Positions 19,680-30,504 of a stretch of 64,000 bases of DNA are shown in pieces. Within the stretch, counting starts at the first letter, position 1; the number at the start of each line of letters is the position of its first letter. The translations under genes were made by a program, and so were the position numbers. Below the pieces are notes generated by a model that saw only the letters and a list, made by a program, of their open reading frames with translations, searched no databases and was not told the origin of the DNA. The stretch comes from a virus. The DNA lies in the IMG/VR virus record IMGVR_UViG_3300042446_001440, positions 1-64,000 of that record. The stretch is one strand, 5' to 3'.

Positions 19680-20516
19680 ATGGACTTAAGTCTCATCAAA
19701 CAGAAGTTGACCGCTTCTCAAAACAAAGGTCAAAAGAAAACATACGAAAAGATCGACTACTCAAAGATCTTCTGGAAACCAAAACCAGGTAAACATCAAG
19801 TTCGTATTCTACCTTCAAAATTCAACAAAGCCGATCCATTCCGCGAAGTGTATTTCCACTATGGTTTCTCTAAAGGACCTATCTTGGCATTAACTAACTG
19901 GGATGAAAAAGATCCAATCGCTGAATTCGCAAAATCACTACGCAAATCATCAGACAAAGAAGATTGGCAGTTAGCATCAAAAATCAGTCCTAAATTACGT
20001 TATTTCGTTCCTGTAGTAGTACGTGGCGAAGAAGCAGCAGGTGCTCGTTTATGGGAATTTGGTAAATTGATCTACGATCAATTACTAGGTATTGCTAATG
20101 ACGAAGATTATGGCGATTTTACAGACATTACAGATGGTCGTGACTTTACAGTTGAAGCTGTTGAAGAAGCAGTAATGGGTAGAAAAGGTATTAAATGCAC
20201 ACTTCGCGTTAAACCTAAAACAACTACAATTTCAGATGACGCCGCATTCGTAACTAATGTATTAGAAAATCAACCCGATATTCTTAGCATTAACAAACGT
20301 TACACATTTGATGAATTGAAAGATTTATTAGATAAGTGGTTAAATCCTGAAGACGAAGAAACAACTGAAACTCCAATCGCTTCTAAAACAGAAGATGAAG
20401 AGGAAGAAGATGATTTCTTGAAGGAAATGAACAAGCCGGTAGAACAAACCTACAAACTTGATACCAACGCAGCAAAAACGTCCAACGCTGACAAATTCGA
20501 CGATTTATTTAACTAG
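19680..20516 (+). CDS. Single-stranded DNA-binding protein (T4 gp32-like)
   Basis: FWKPKPG..VRILP; DFTDITDGRDF; acidic C-terminus ending FDDLFN; next to recombinase. Confidence 0.85.
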   Translation: MDLSLIKQKLTASQNKGQKKTYEKIDYSKIFWKPKPGKHQVRILPSKFNKADPFREVYFHYGFSKGPILALTNWDEKDPIAEFAKSLRKSSDKEDWQLASKISPKLRYFVPVVVRGEEAAGARLWEFGKLIYDQLLGIANDEDYGDFTDITDGRDFTVEAVEEAVMGRKGIKCTLRVKPKTTTISDDAAFVTNVLENQPDILSINKRYTFDELKDLLDKWLNPEDEETTETPIASKTEDEEEEDDFLKEMNKPVEQTYKLDTNAAKTSNADKFDDLFN

Positions 20517-20528
20517 TAAAATCAAGTT

Positions 20529-21632
20529 ATGGCCAAAGCAAAAACGGGAGAAACACTTTCGAGTGTAATATCCAAATCAATAAACGCTAAGGAAGGCTTT
20601 AGTTTAGATAATTTTAAAAAATCTAAATTTCTAGACCAATCCGTTAAGTTTAAAAAACAAAGATGGGTTCCATTCTCTCCTGCATTACAGGAAGCATTAG
20701 GAATCCCAGGAATACCATTAGGTGGAGTAACATTACTTCGTGGCCATTCAAACACAGGAAAATCTACAACACTATCTGAAATAGCAGCTAATGCTCAACA
20801 GATGGGAGTACTACCTGTATACATCATCACTGAGATGAAACATGATTGGGACTTTCCAAGAAAGTTAGGATTTCAGATGGAAGAGGTAGTAGATGAAGAA
20901 ACTGGAGAAGTTACCAACTATAAAGGATTCTTCATGTATGTAGATAGAGGTTCCTTAAATAGCATTGAGGATATGGCTGGATTCATTGCTGATCTTCTAA
21001 ACGAACAAGCACAGGGTAAATTACCATACGATTTATTATTCTTAATTGATAGTATCGGTTCAATCCCATGTAAAATGAGTATAGAAGCTAACAACAATAA
21101 TCCTCAATGGAATGCAGGCGCGTATAGTCAACAATTTGGTAATTTCATTAACCAAAGAATTACACTATCACGTAAAGAAACACAACCTTACACCAATTCT
21201 ATAGTAGCAGTAAATAAAGTATGGGTATCACCAGCCGAAACTAGGTTCTCGCAACCTAAAATGAGAAATAAAGGTGGAGATACAATGTTCTATGATGCTT
21301 CATTAGTATTAACATTTGGTAATATTACCAACTCAGGTGTAAGCAAAATTAAAGCTACTAAGAACGGAAAAGAAGTAGAATTCGCAACCCGAACTAAAGT
21401 AAGCTGCGACAAGAATCACGTTACTGGAATCACTACTAAGTCAACTATAGTAATGACACCTCATGGATTTATAGAAGATGAACCTAAAGCTATTGACAAA
21501 TACAAAAAAGAGCATAGCAATGAATGGTCAGCAATTCTAGGAACTACAGGTGAAATTAAAATTGTAGAAGATAACTCAGAATGGGAAGAAGATAACAAAA
21601 ACATTCCCGTAATAGGAGTAGAGGAAAACTAG
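20529..21632 (+). CDS. uvsX: RecA/UvsX-like recombinase
   Basis: GIPLGG..Walker A GHSNTGKST; LIDSIGS; KGG..MFYDAS. Confidence 0.88.
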   Translation: MAKAKTGETLSSVISKSINAKEGFSLDNFKKSKFLDQSVKFKKQRWVPFSPALQEALGIPGIPLGGVTLLRGHSNTGKSTTLSEIAANAQQMGVLPVYIITEMKHDWDFPRKLGFQMEEVVDEETGEVTNYKGFFMYVDRGSLNSIEDMAGFIADLLNEQAQGKLPYDLLFLIDSIGSIPCKMSIEANNNNPQWNAGAYSQQFGNFINQRITLSRKETQPYTNSIVAVNKVWVSPAETRFSQPKMRNKGGDTMFYDASLVLTFGNITNSGVSKIKATKNGKEVEFATRTKVSCDKNHVTGITTKSTIVMTPHGFIEDEPKAIDKYKKEHSNEWSAILGTTGEIKIVEDNSEWEEDNKNIPVIGVEEN

Positions 21633-21633
21633 T

Positions 21634-22659
21634 ATGAAAAACAAATATGCCAATATGTTGGCTAAGGTAAATAATGATCAACGCGGAGTCCAAGACTCCG
21701 TTTTGATTCTGGATGGCTTAAATACATTCTTAAGAGCATTTACTATGATCAATCACATTAACCCTGAAGGCCATCATGTCGGTGGTCTGACGGGTTTCTT
21801 AAAATCTTTAGGCTACGCTATCAAAATGATAGACCCCACAAAGGTGATTATAGTATTTGATGGTGTTGGAGGTTCTAACAGTAGACGAAATTTATTCCCT
21901 AATTATAAAGCTAATAGGAATACAAGCCGAATGACTAATTATGCTATCTTCTCTAGTAAAGAAGACGAGAGAGAAGCAATAAATAATCAAATGGCAAGAT
22001 TAATAAATTATCTTCAATGTCTACCAGTATCTATGATCTGTGTAGATGGAATTGAAGCGGATGACACAATAGGATATCTAGTAGGTAAATTTGAGAAATT
22101 TGAATCTACTAAAGAAGTAGTAATAATGTCTGCTGATAAAGATTTCCTTCAATTAGTAAGTGATAAAGTAAAAGTATATTCACCTACTAAAAAGAAAATG
22201 TATAAACCATCCGATGTATTAGAAGAATATAAAGTCAGCAGCATCAATTTCATCAACTATAAAGTATTAATGGGAGATGTCTCAGATAATATACCAGGTA
22301 TAAATGGATTAGGACCTAAAAAACTATTCAAAATGTTTCCTGAATTAGCAACCGACACTCCATTAACAGTAGAAGGTATAATAAATAAAGCTACTGAGAA
22401 TATAAATGAACATGACTTATACGCTCGCATAGTAGAAAGAAAACGCCAATTAGAAATTAACAATCAATTGATGAATCTAAAGACAATTCCTATATCGCAA
22501 GGTAACGAGGAACAAATTAAAGCTAGCTTCAACTCACAGTATAAATTAAATTCACATGCCTTTATGAGTATGTATATTGCTGATCTCTTAGGAGAAAGCA
22601 TACCGAATACACCTACTTGGTTAAATCAAGTATTTGGTTCTTTAAATTCTTCTAAATAA
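21634..22659 (+). CDS. 5'-3' exonuclease / flap endonuclease (T4 RNase H-like)
   Basis: LDGLN.F.R; VFDG; YKANR; EADD; SADKDFLQL; GDVSDNIPG..G.GPK. Confidence 0.93.
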   Translation: MKNKYANMLAKVNNDQRGVQDSVLILDGLNTFLRAFTMINHINPEGHHVGGLTGFLKSLGYAIKMIDPTKVIIVFDGVGGSNSRRNLFPNYKANRNTSRMTNYAIFSSKEDEREAINNQMARLINYLQCLPVSMICVDGIEADDTIGYLVGKFEKFESTKEVVIMSADKDFLQLVSDKVKVYSPTKKKMYKPSDVLEEYKVSSINFINYKVLMGDVSDNIPGINGLGPKKLFKMFPELATDTPLTVEGIINKATENINEHDLYARIVERKRQLEINNQLMNLKTIPISQGNEEQIKASFNSQYKLNSHAFMSMYIADLLGESIPNTPTWLNQVFGSLNSSK

Positions 22660-22679
22660 ATTTAAATAAAATAGGTTAT

Positions 22680-24056
22680 ATGGCTACATTAAATAAGCTT
22701 AATCAATACGGAAACGCCTTCCAAATTAAAGTATTAGGTGCATTATTAACACAACGAGATTTCCTATTAAATATAGCAGATTCATTAGACAGTGAGTACT
22801 TTGAATCACAAGCACACAAATGGGTGATAGAATATATTATTAAATACTTCAGCCAATACCATACTTATCCTACAATAGAAACATTAGCGATTGAAATTAA
22901 AAAGATCGATAATGAAGTACTAAGAATATCACTTACAGATTCAATACGTGAAGCATATAAAATGTCTGATGTGAGTGATTTAGAATGGGTAGAGAAGGAA
23001 TTTAGTGATTTCTGTAAGAACCAGCAAATGAAAAAAGCGATTATGACATCAGTAGACCTACTAAACTTAGGTGACTATGATGGAATTAGAGGCTTAATTA
23101 ACGATGCTATGAAAGCGGGTGAAGAAAAAAACATAGGTCATATATACGAAACCGATGTTGAATCTAGATATAGAAAAGACGATAGAAACGTCATTCCATT
23201 CCCTTGGAAAACATTTAATGAACTAACACAAGGTGGATACGGTAAAGGAGATCTAGTATTATTATTCGGTAATCCAGGTGGAGGTAAATCATGGGGTGTA
23301 ATTGCAATGGGAGCGTATGCCGCCGCATTAGGATTTAACGTAGTACATTACACATTAGAATTATCTGAAGGATATGTAGGTAAACGTTATGATGCAGTAT
23401 TCTCAGGTGTAGATGTAGATAAATTAGATAATCATCGCAACGATGTAAACGAAGCAATCGCTAAAATAAAAGGTAAAATCGTTATTAAAGAGTATGCTCC
23501 AAAACGAGCATCACTAGATACAATCGAAGCACATCTACAACAATTAGAACATCAAAACGAATTTAAACCAGATATGATCATTATAGATTATTTAGATCTA
23601 TTAAGAACTAAAGGTAGAAAAGAACGTAAAGATGAAATCGATGATGTTTATACTGATGCTAAAGGAATGGCTAAAGAATTAGGAATACCTGTAGTATCAC
23701 CATCACAAGCAAATAGAACAGGCGCAGATAAGGACATACTTCAAGCGGAAAATGCGGCTGGCTCATACGATAAAATTATGATTGGAGATATCATTATATC
23801 GCTTGCACGTGGCAGAAAAGATAAGGTAAACGGTACTGGTAATTGGCATTTCATTAAAAATAGATACGGCGCTGATGGATTAACATTCGGTTCTCACATC
23901 AACACAGCCAACGGCTATATAGACATAAATGAACAACCTAGAGATGATGAAGAACATGATGCTAAACAAACTAAAGCATCTAGCTACTCAGACGTAGGAG
24001 TAGAAGATCGTTACGTTCTTCGAAGTAAGTTCATGAAATTAGAAAAGGAAACATAG
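22680..24056 (+). CDS. dnaB: Replicative DnaB-like helicase (T4 gp41-like)
   Basis: GNPGGGKS; TLELSE; IIIDYLDLL; SQANR; KNRYG. Confidence 0.93.
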   Translation: MATLNKLNQYGNAFQIKVLGALLTQRDFLLNIADSLDSEYFESQAHKWVIEYIIKYFSQYHTYPTIETLAIEIKKIDNEVLRISLTDSIREAYKMSDVSDLEWVEKEFSDFCKNQQMKKAIMTSVDLLNLGDYDGIRGLINDAMKAGEEKNIGHIYETDVESRYRKDDRNVIPFPWKTFNELTQGGYGKGDLVLLFGNPGGGKSWGVIAMGAYAAALGFNVVHYTLELSEGYVGKRYDAVFSGVDVDKLDNHRNDVNEAIAKIKGKIVIKEYAPKRASLDTIEAHLQQLEHQNEFKPDMIIIDYLDLLRTKGRKERKDEIDDVYTDAKGMAKELGIPVVSPSQANRTGADKDILQAENAAGSYDKIMIGDIIISLARGRKDKVNGTGNWHFIKNRYGADGLTFGSHINTANGYIDINEQPRDDEEHDAKQTKASSYSDVGVEDRYVLRSKFMKLEKET

Positions 24057-24097
24057 TATATACTATATTTATAACTACAACTACAACAATTAAATTT

Positions 24098-24355
24098 ATG
24101 ATAACAGTTAAAAGATTTACGGCCGCTTGGTGCGGTCCGTGTAAGCAGCTTGCTCCAATTATGGGACAAGTACAATCCGAGATGTCAAATATCGATTTTC
24201 AAACCATAGACGTAGATGCTAGTCCTGACTTAGCAGTGAAATATAATGTATCTTCTATCCCAGCTTTAATATTTGAGAAGGATGGGCAAGAAGTAAAGCG
24301 TATCTTAGGCGTACAATCAAAATCAACATTAATTTCAATTTTAAACTCACTTTAA
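24098..24355 (+). CDS. trxA: Thioredoxin
   Basis: WCGPC active site; cis-Pro SIP. Confidence 0.95.
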   Translation: MITVKRFTAAWCGPCKQLAPIMGQVQSEMSNIDFQTIDVDASPDLAVKYNVSSIPALIFEKDGQEVKRILGVQSKSTLISILNSL

Positions 24356-25305
24356 TGATCACTGAACCACGTTTATTCTACAAACCATTTGAATATCAAG
24401 AAGCATTTAATTTCTATAAAGACCAACATAGAGTACATTGGTTAGCTGATGAAGTTCCATTAGCATCTGATCTTAATGATTGGAAACAAAAACTAACCGA
24501 ATCTGAAAAGAACTTAATCGGTAATATCTTAAAATCATTCGCTCAAACAGAAGTACACGTAAACGATTACTGGTCTACTAAAGTATCATTATGGTTTCCA
24601 AAACCAGAGATACAAGCAATGGCTCGTGTATTTGCTGACTTTGAAAGTATACATGCTGAAGCATATGCCCGTTTAAATGAAGAATTAGGGTTAGATGATT
24701 TTGAAGCATTTATGGAAGACGAATCATCAAAAGCAAAAATTGACCGTTTACTAGAAGTACCAGGAGATAATATAGCAGAAAAAGCACTATCATTAGCTAT
24801 CTTCTCAGCGTTTACTGAAGGTGTAAATTTATTCTCTTCATTCGCTATATTAATGTCTTTCCAATTAAGAAACTTAATGAAAGGAACAGGACAAATAGTA
24901 GAGTGGAGTGTTAGAGATGAGTCATTACATTCAAGAGCAGGATGTTGGTTATTTAATAAGTTATTAGAAGAACAACCTGAACTTAATACATCTGAAATGA
25001 GAGATAATGTTATTGAAGCATGTAACATATCAGTTAAATTAGAATTTGATTTCATTGATAAAGCATTTGAGATGGGTGCTGTTGAAGGATTAAATGTAGA
25101 TCAATTAAAGAACTTCATCAAAGCTAGAGCAAACGAAAAAATGATTGAATTAGGTTATAATGCAATATATAATGACATTGATCCAAATCTATTAAAACAA
25201 ATGGATTGGTTCGGTCACTTAACAAGTGGTAAAACACATCAAGACTTCTTCGCGGGTCGCGTAACAAATTATTCTAAATCAGCCGCTGATTGGTCTGACC
25301 TTTAA
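24355..25305 (+). CDS. nrdB: Class Ia ribonucleotide reductase beta subunit
   Basis: ESIHAEAY; EGVNLFSSF; RDESLH; DFF near C-terminus. Confidence 0.96.
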   Translation: MITEPRLFYKPFEYQEAFNFYKDQHRVHWLADEVPLASDLNDWKQKLTESEKNLIGNILKSFAQTEVHVNDYWSTKVSLWFPKPEIQAMARVFADFESIHAEAYARLNEELGLDDFEAFMEDESSKAKIDRLLEVPGDNIAEKALSLAIFSAFTEGVNLFSSFAILMSFQLRNLMKGTGQIVEWSVRDESLHSRAGCWLFNKLLEEQPELNTSEMRDNVIEACNISVKLEFDFIDKAFEMGAVEGLNVDQLKNFIKARANEKMIELGYNAIYNDIDPNLLKQMDWFGHLTSGKTHQDFFAGRVTNYSKSAADWSDL

Positions 25306-25356
25306 AAAGTATCCAATGGGGACAATATTCTTATATATTTATTGCAAATAACATAT

Positions 25357-25920
25357 ATGAAAAAATGCAATAAATGTTTAAAGGAATATCCATTAGATGG
25401 TTTTAGTAAATTTAAAAGAAATAAAGATGGATATATGTCATACTGCAAAGTATGCCACCGTGTTCAAGTTAAAGCTAATAGGAGTAAATATAAAGAATAC
25501 GATAAAGAATACGCTAAACTTCAATGGCCTAAAAATAAAGATAGAATTAGAGAAGAATACAGGGAGTATTTTAAAATATATAAACGTGAACGTAGAAAAG
25601 ATCCTATATTTAGATTAAAAGAAAATATGCGTAATTACTTCTATCAATCTTTCATAAAGAATAGAAATGCTAAGCGTGATTCCATTTTAAGCTATATAGG
25701 ATGTTCATTCGATGATTTAAAAATATACTTAGAAAATAGTTTCGATGAAAATATGTCTTGGGAAAACTATGGTTCATATTGGGAAATAGACCATAAAGAT
25801 CCTATATTTAACTTCTCCACATCGGAAGAAGATTTATATAAATGTTGGAATTATAGTAATTTACAACCCCTAACAATATCAGAAAATAGAATAAAACATA
25901 ATAAAATACAAACAAAATGA
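25357..25920 (+). CDS. Free-standing HNH homing endonuclease between nrdB and nrdA
   Basis: N-terminal CxxC..CxxC; MSWENYG.YWEIDH..P..CWNYSNLQPL...EN..K; ATG at 25357 follows ATATTTAT. Confidence 0.8.
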   Translation: MKKCNKCLKEYPLDGFSKFKRNKDGYMSYCKVCHRVQVKANRSKYKEYDKEYAKLQWPKNKDRIREEYREYFKIYKRERRKDPIFRLKENMRNYFYQSFIKNRNAKRDSILSYIGCSFDDLKIYLENSFDENMSWENYGSYWEIDHKDPIFNFSTSEEDLYKCWNYSNLQPLTISENRIKHNKIQTK

Positions 25921-27641
25921 GTATAAATACGGATATTAGTAAGTGGGTTAAAGGAAAAGATTATCCTGAGTTTATGGATGAAATAGCAATAAGTATGATT
26001 TCAAAAGGATATTTACTTCCAGACGAAAACGTATTTGACGCCTATAAGAGAGTAAGTAAAGCAGCATCACGCAGATTAAGACGTAAAGATCTACAAGCAT
26101 ACTTTAACGAAGCAATAATAAAAAATTGGCTATGCTTAGCATCACCAGTACTATCAAATCTAGGTACTGAACGTGGAATGCCAATTTCATGTTTTGGAAT
26201 TGACGTTGGTGATTCTATTGAAGGAATTGCTGATGCAAATTCAGAATTAATGAGATTATCATCTCAAGGTGGTGGAGTGGGAATTGGAGTATCTCGCATT
26301 AGAGGTAGAGGTAAACATATTAGAGATAATGGCACCTCGGAAGGTGTAGTTCCATGGTGTAAAATATATGACTCAACTATCCTAGCAACTAATCAAGGTT
26401 CAGTTAGAAGAGGAGCGGCATCAGTTAATTTATCTATTAACCATCCTGATATTGAAGAATTCCTAGGAATCCGTAGACCAAAAGGTGATGTTAATCGTCA
26501 ATGTTTAAACTTACACCAATGTGTAGTAATTGATGATACATTCATGGATAAATTAGAAAATAAAGACGAACGCTCAATGCGTTTATGGGGTGAAATACTA
26601 AAAACACGTCTTGAAACAGGTGAACCTTATATCATGTTTGAAGATAACGTTAATAAAGCTAATCCTGAAGGATATAAGAAACTAAATCTACACGTTTCAA
26701 TGACAAACATATGTAGTGAGATTTCACTATACACAGATGAATTACATTCATTCATATGTTGCTTATCATCATTGAATCTAGCACGTTGGGATGAATGGAA
26801 AGATTATAAGTTTGAAAATGGAATGACACTACCAGAACTAACATGCTGGTTTCTAGAAGGTGTATTACAAGAATTTATTGATAGAGCTAAGAACATTAAA
26901 TTTATGGAAAACACAGTTCGCTCAGCATCTAAAGGTAGAGCAATTGGAATTGGCGTTTTAGGATGGCACACATTACTACAATCAAAGAATTTACCATTCG
27001 CAGGAATACAAGCATCATCATTAACAAGAATCATTTCTGAGTTCATTGAGACAGAAGCATTAAAAGCATCTAGAGATCAAGCTGAAATGTATGGTGAACC
27101 AGAATGGTGTAGAGGTACTGGATTGAGACATTCGCATCATTTAGCAATTGCTCCAACAGTATCAAACGCTCATATTTCAGGTGGTGTATCTCCATCAATT
27201 GAACCTATTCCTGCGAACGTATACAATCTTAAAACCGCTAAAGGAGTATTCATCAAACGAAATAAAATACTAGAAACACTATTAGAGAGTAAGGGATATA
27301 ACATTGATAGCGTTTGGGATCAAATCTTAAAAGATCAAGGATCAGTAATCAACGTTCCTAGCTATATTCTAACAGACGAAGAAAAATCAGTATTCTTAAC
27401 GTTTAAGGAAATTAATCAATTAGAAATAGTAAAACAAAATGCTATTAGACAAAAATACGTTGATCAAGCTATATCATTAAATCTATGCTTTGATCCTAAT
27501 GATACACCAAAGTGGATATCTCAGGTACACAAAGAAGCACATAAAGCAGGAATTAAAACATTATACTATCTACGTACTGAATCAGTATTGAGAGGAGATA
27601 ACTTACAAAGACTATCAGAATGCATATCTTGTGAAGGGTAG
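25917..27641 (+). CDS. nrdA: Class Ia ribonucleotide reductase alpha subunit (short, no ATP cone evident)
   Basis: PISCF; GGGVG; RRGA; TNICSEI; CCLSSLN; APTVS; KTLYY; C-terminal CISCEG. Confidence 0.96.
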   Translation: MSINTDISKWVKGKDYPEFMDEIAISMISKGYLLPDENVFDAYKRVSKAASRRLRRKDLQAYFNEAIIKNWLCLASPVLSNLGTERGMPISCFGIDVGDSIEGIADANSELMRLSSQGGGVGIGVSRIRGRGKHIRDNGTSEGVVPWCKIYDSTILATNQGSVRRGAASVNLSINHPDIEEFLGIRRPKGDVNRQCLNLHQCVVIDDTFMDKLENKDERSMRLWGEILKTRLETGEPYIMFEDNVNKANPEGYKKLNLHVSMTNICSEISLYTDELHSFICCLSSLNLARWDEWKDYKFENGMTLPELTCWFLEGVLQEFIDRAKNIKFMENTVRSASKGRAIGIGVLGWHTLLQSKNLPFAGIQASSLTRIISEFIETEALKASRDQAEMYGEPEWCRGTGLRHSHHLAIAPTVSNAHISGGVSPSIEPIPANVYNLKTAKGVFIKRNKILETLLESKGYNIDSVWDQILKDQGSVINVPSYILTDEEKSVFLTFKEINQLEIVKQNAIRQKYVDQAISLNLCFDPNDTPKWISQVHKEAHKAGIKTLYYLRTESVLRGDNLQRLSECISCEG

Positions 27642-27683
27642 CGGGCCTTTAGTATCTTCATATATTTATTGGAAACAATAATT

Positions 27684-28319
27684 ATGATAGGAATATACAA
27701 AATTACAAATCCAAGAGGTGAAGTTTATGTGGGATTGTCAAAGAATATAGAATTGCGATGGCAATCCCATAAAAATTTCCAATTCCATAAAAACAATAAA
27801 TTAAAAGAATCTTTACTACGAGATAATATTGAACTTCATATATTTGAAGTAATTGAAGAAGTAGATATATCGGATTTAAGACAATATGAAGCTAATGCTT
27901 TACTTCGAAAACGAGAAAGGTATTGGATTAATAAATTAAATTCATTCAATATAGGACTAAATGAAAACGGTGGTGGTAGTGGATGCGGTTCCCATACAGA
28001 CGAATCTAAACAAAAGATTTCTCAATCTTTAAAGGGTAAACCAAAACCATTAGACTTCGGAGCTAAAAGAAAAAAATGGCAACATACGGACGAGTGGAAG
28101 GAAAAAGTAAAATCAGCTCCTAGATGCCCTGTACTAATGCTTAAAGATAATATAATAGTTCAAGAATTTCCAAATCAACAATCCGCAGCTGATCATTTAG
28201 GAGTAAGAAAACAAGCAATATGGAATATGTTAAACGGATTTAAAAATAGAAATGGTGTTCCTATCATCCAAGTAAGAGGATACACATTTAAATATAAAGA
28301 AAAAAATAGTATAAAATGA
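27684..28319 (+). CDS. GIY-YIG homing endonuclease (NUMOD3/NUMOD1-like tail)
   Basis: GIYKITN..YVGLS..R..H; ERYWI; HTDESKQKISQSLKG; EFPNQ.SAA..LG. Confidence 0.85.
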   Translation: MIGIYKITNPRGEVYVGLSKNIELRWQSHKNFQFHKNNKLKESLLRDNIELHIFEVIEEVDISDLRQYEANALLRKRERYWINKLNSFNIGLNENGGGSGCGSHTDESKQKISQSLKGKPKPLDFGAKRKKWQHTDEWKEKVKSAPRCPVLMLKDNIIVQEFPNQQSAADHLGVRKQAIWNMLNGFKNRNGVPIIQVRGYTFKYKEKNSIK

Positions 28320-28433
28320 AAAAACAATTTAAAAAACAACTAACAGAAGTTGAATCAACTGAATTAGACAAAAAAATCCAAGATAGATGGATTAGTATTA
28401 ATAAAATGAAACAACTTTTAAAATTAAAAGGAT

Positions 28434-28691
28434 ATGATAAGTCTAGTAGAACTTCTAAATGAAATAAAAGCTTCTAAATATATTGATATTATAGAAAATT
28501 TATTACTTAAAATTAACTGGAATCAATTTCAAGAATTCCAGTCTATTCATGATACTGCTCTGAGTATAGTAGATGATATTAATAATATCCATAATTATGA
28601 AGGTGAAAGTGCTATTAAACATTTAGAAGAAATAAAAAAACAAGCTAATGATGTAATATATATTTTAAATAATCTGTTAGAAAATCAATAG
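28434..28691 (+). CDS. Hypothetical protein starting MISLVELLNE
   Basis: 85 aa ORF. Confidence 0.55.
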   Translation: MISLVELLNEIKASKYIDIIENLLLKINWNQFQEFQSIHDTALSIVDDINNIHNYEGESAIKHLEEIKKQANDVIYILNNLLENQ

Positions 28692-28736
28692 TATAAAATA
28701 ATAGGAATGGCAAAATAAAAATCTTAAATTTACACT

Positions 28737-28898
28737 ATGGATTTAGAGCAAATAAAAAAAGAAGCAGAGCAAATAAAGGAGCTAGATTTTAATAAAATAC
28801 CTCCTGAAAAAGTAGATGAACTAATAGAAAAACTACTTGGGATGCTAGACACTACAGAACAACACCTATCACAAATCAAAATAGATGATCATGAATAA
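28737..28898 (+). CDS. Small acidic helical protein (53 aa, not in ORF track)
   Basis: MDLEQIKKEAEQIKELDFNKIPPEKVDELIEKLLGML...; fills the gap and overlaps the next start. Confidence 0.55.
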   Translation: MDLEQIKKEAEQIKELDFNKIPPEKVDELIEKLLGMLDTTEQHLSQIKIDDHE

Positions 28899-29097
28899 TA
28901 CAATAGAAAATATAATACATATTTTAGGTCTATTAATGTTAATAGTTGTATTATTAGGATTTCCATTAATGATTCTATGGAATTGGCTGATGCCAGCAAT
29001 ATTTGGACTCCCAGAAATTGGATTCTGGCAAGCAATTGGACTTAATTTATTATCAGCAATATTAATTAAACCATCAATTAAAATAAATAAAGACTAA
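28885..29097 (+). CDS. Small membrane protein
   Basis: LWNWLMP.IFGLPEIGFWQA.GL; two hydrophobic segments. Confidence 0.7.
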   Translation: MIMNNTIENIIHILGLLMLIVVLLGFPLMILWNWLMPAIFGLPEIGFWQAIGLNLLSAILIKPSIKINKD

Positions 29098-29101
29098 GAT
29101 T

Positions 29102-29770
29102 ATGAAAAAAGGTTATGCAGTATTAGTTATCTTATTACTAACACTACTTAGTTGTAGAAAAAGTAATGATCCCTATCCATTTGCAAATAGCAAACGAACT
29201 AAATTAGTAATGAATTACCCAAAAGATAATAATGGATATTACAGAGTACCAATTGATTCTTCAACTAATACAAATAGATTCGTTATATATGCTGAAGCTG
29301 CTAAACTAATTCCATTCTACTGGTATAATAAAGTATCAGTGATGTCTGTTAGATTTGATTGTAATACTTACTATATATTAGGATCACTAAGTGATACTCT
29401 AGTAGTTCATATTCCATTATATAGTCCCTTTAGCAGTTTATACAGTAGTCCATACTTTAATGTACCAATACCCGTTAAAAATAAAACCGTAGTACTAAGT
29501 CAATATGCAAATAGCATTGTTGAAATGGTACAGGAAACAAGTATATATCTTAAAGAATATGATCCAGGTAATTCATATAAACCAGCTGATGAATACAAAC
29601 CAGAAGAGGGAATGTATTGGAGTAAACGTATCGTGGGACCTATACCTGGATATTTTAAAGGAGATACAATAATAGTATATTCTAAGACAGAATGGGATGC
29701 CGGAAATTATACTTACGAGCACCCAGATGAAACTACCAAAATAGATAGCGTAAAAATAATATTTAAATAA
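29102..29770 (+). CDS. Lipoprotein
   Basis: MKK + hydrophobic core + LLSC lipobox. Confidence 0.7.
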   Translation: MKKGYAVLVILLLTLLSCRKSNDPYPFANSKRTKLVMNYPKDNNGYYRVPIDSSTNTNRFVIYAEAAKLIPFYWYNKVSVMSVRFDCNTYYILGSLSDTLVVHIPLYSPFSSLYSSPYFNVPIPVKNKTVVLSQYANSIVEMVQETSIYLKEYDPGNSYKPADEYKPEEGMYWSKRIVGPIPGYFKGDTIIVYSKTEWDAGNYTYEHPDETTKIDSVKIIFK

Positions 29771-29771
29771 T

Positions 29772-30233
29772 ATGAGTAAATTTCAATCAACAAAATTATT
29801 CGACGGATTCAGTTGTGTATTCCGTCAATGGAAAGCAGAAGGTACACATTGTCGTTTCCTTCATGGATATGGAATATCATTTAGAGTATGGTTCGAAGGC
29901 GAATTAGACGAACGCAATTGGGTTTGGGACTTTGGAGGAATGAAACGCGCTAAAGGAACTATAGATGGGATGAATCCTAAAGCGTGGATGGATTATATGT
30001 TCGACCATACAACTATAGTAGCAGAAGATGATCCAGGATTAGCTGGATTTAAAACAATGGATCAAATAGGTATAGTCCAATTAAGAGTAATTCCAGCAGT
30101 TGGAGCAGAACAATTTGCAAAATATATCTTTGAAAAACTAAATACATTCGTTCAAGAAGAAACAGAAGATAGAGTTAAAGTTATAAGAGTAGAATTTATG
30201 GAGCACAGTAAGAATACTGCTATTTATGAATAA
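29772..30233 (+). CDS. queD: 6-carboxy-5,6,7,8-tetrahydropterin synthase
   Basis: HCRFLHGY; WDFG; FDHT; AE..AKYI; E...NTA. Confidence 0.9.
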   Translation: MSKFQSTKLFDGFSCVFRQWKAEGTHCRFLHGYGISFRVWFEGELDERNWVWDFGGMKRAKGTIDGMNPKAWMDYMFDHTTIVAEDDPGLAGFKTMDQIGIVQLRVIPAVGAEQFAKYIFEKLNTFVQEETEDRVKVIRVEFMEHSKNTAIYE

Positions 30234-30504
30234 AAAGTTTGAAAAAAATTACGAAAAGTCACGTCGCAAGATACTTCGTGAAGAATATGAAAAAAATAAT
30301 CCTCGTATTCCAACAGAAGACGAATTATTAGAAAATAATAGTTATTGGGATATTGATTACTTAGAAGAAGCAAACAAAAAAACTAACCAAGGTATTAAAT
30401 ATTGGAAAAATAGATATGATAATGCCTCGGGTAATATGGGAAAATGGTATTGTCAAATACGAATTGATTTATTAAAGAAAAAATTAAAACACTATGAAAA
30501 TTAG
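30226..30504 (+). CDS. Hypothetical protein
   Basis: Overlaps queD and the next gene. Confidence 0.55.
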   Translation: MNKKFEKNYEKSRRKILREEYEKNNPRIPTEDELLENNSYWDIDYLEEANKKTNQGIKYWKNRYDNASGNMGKWYCQIRIDLLKKKLKHYEN

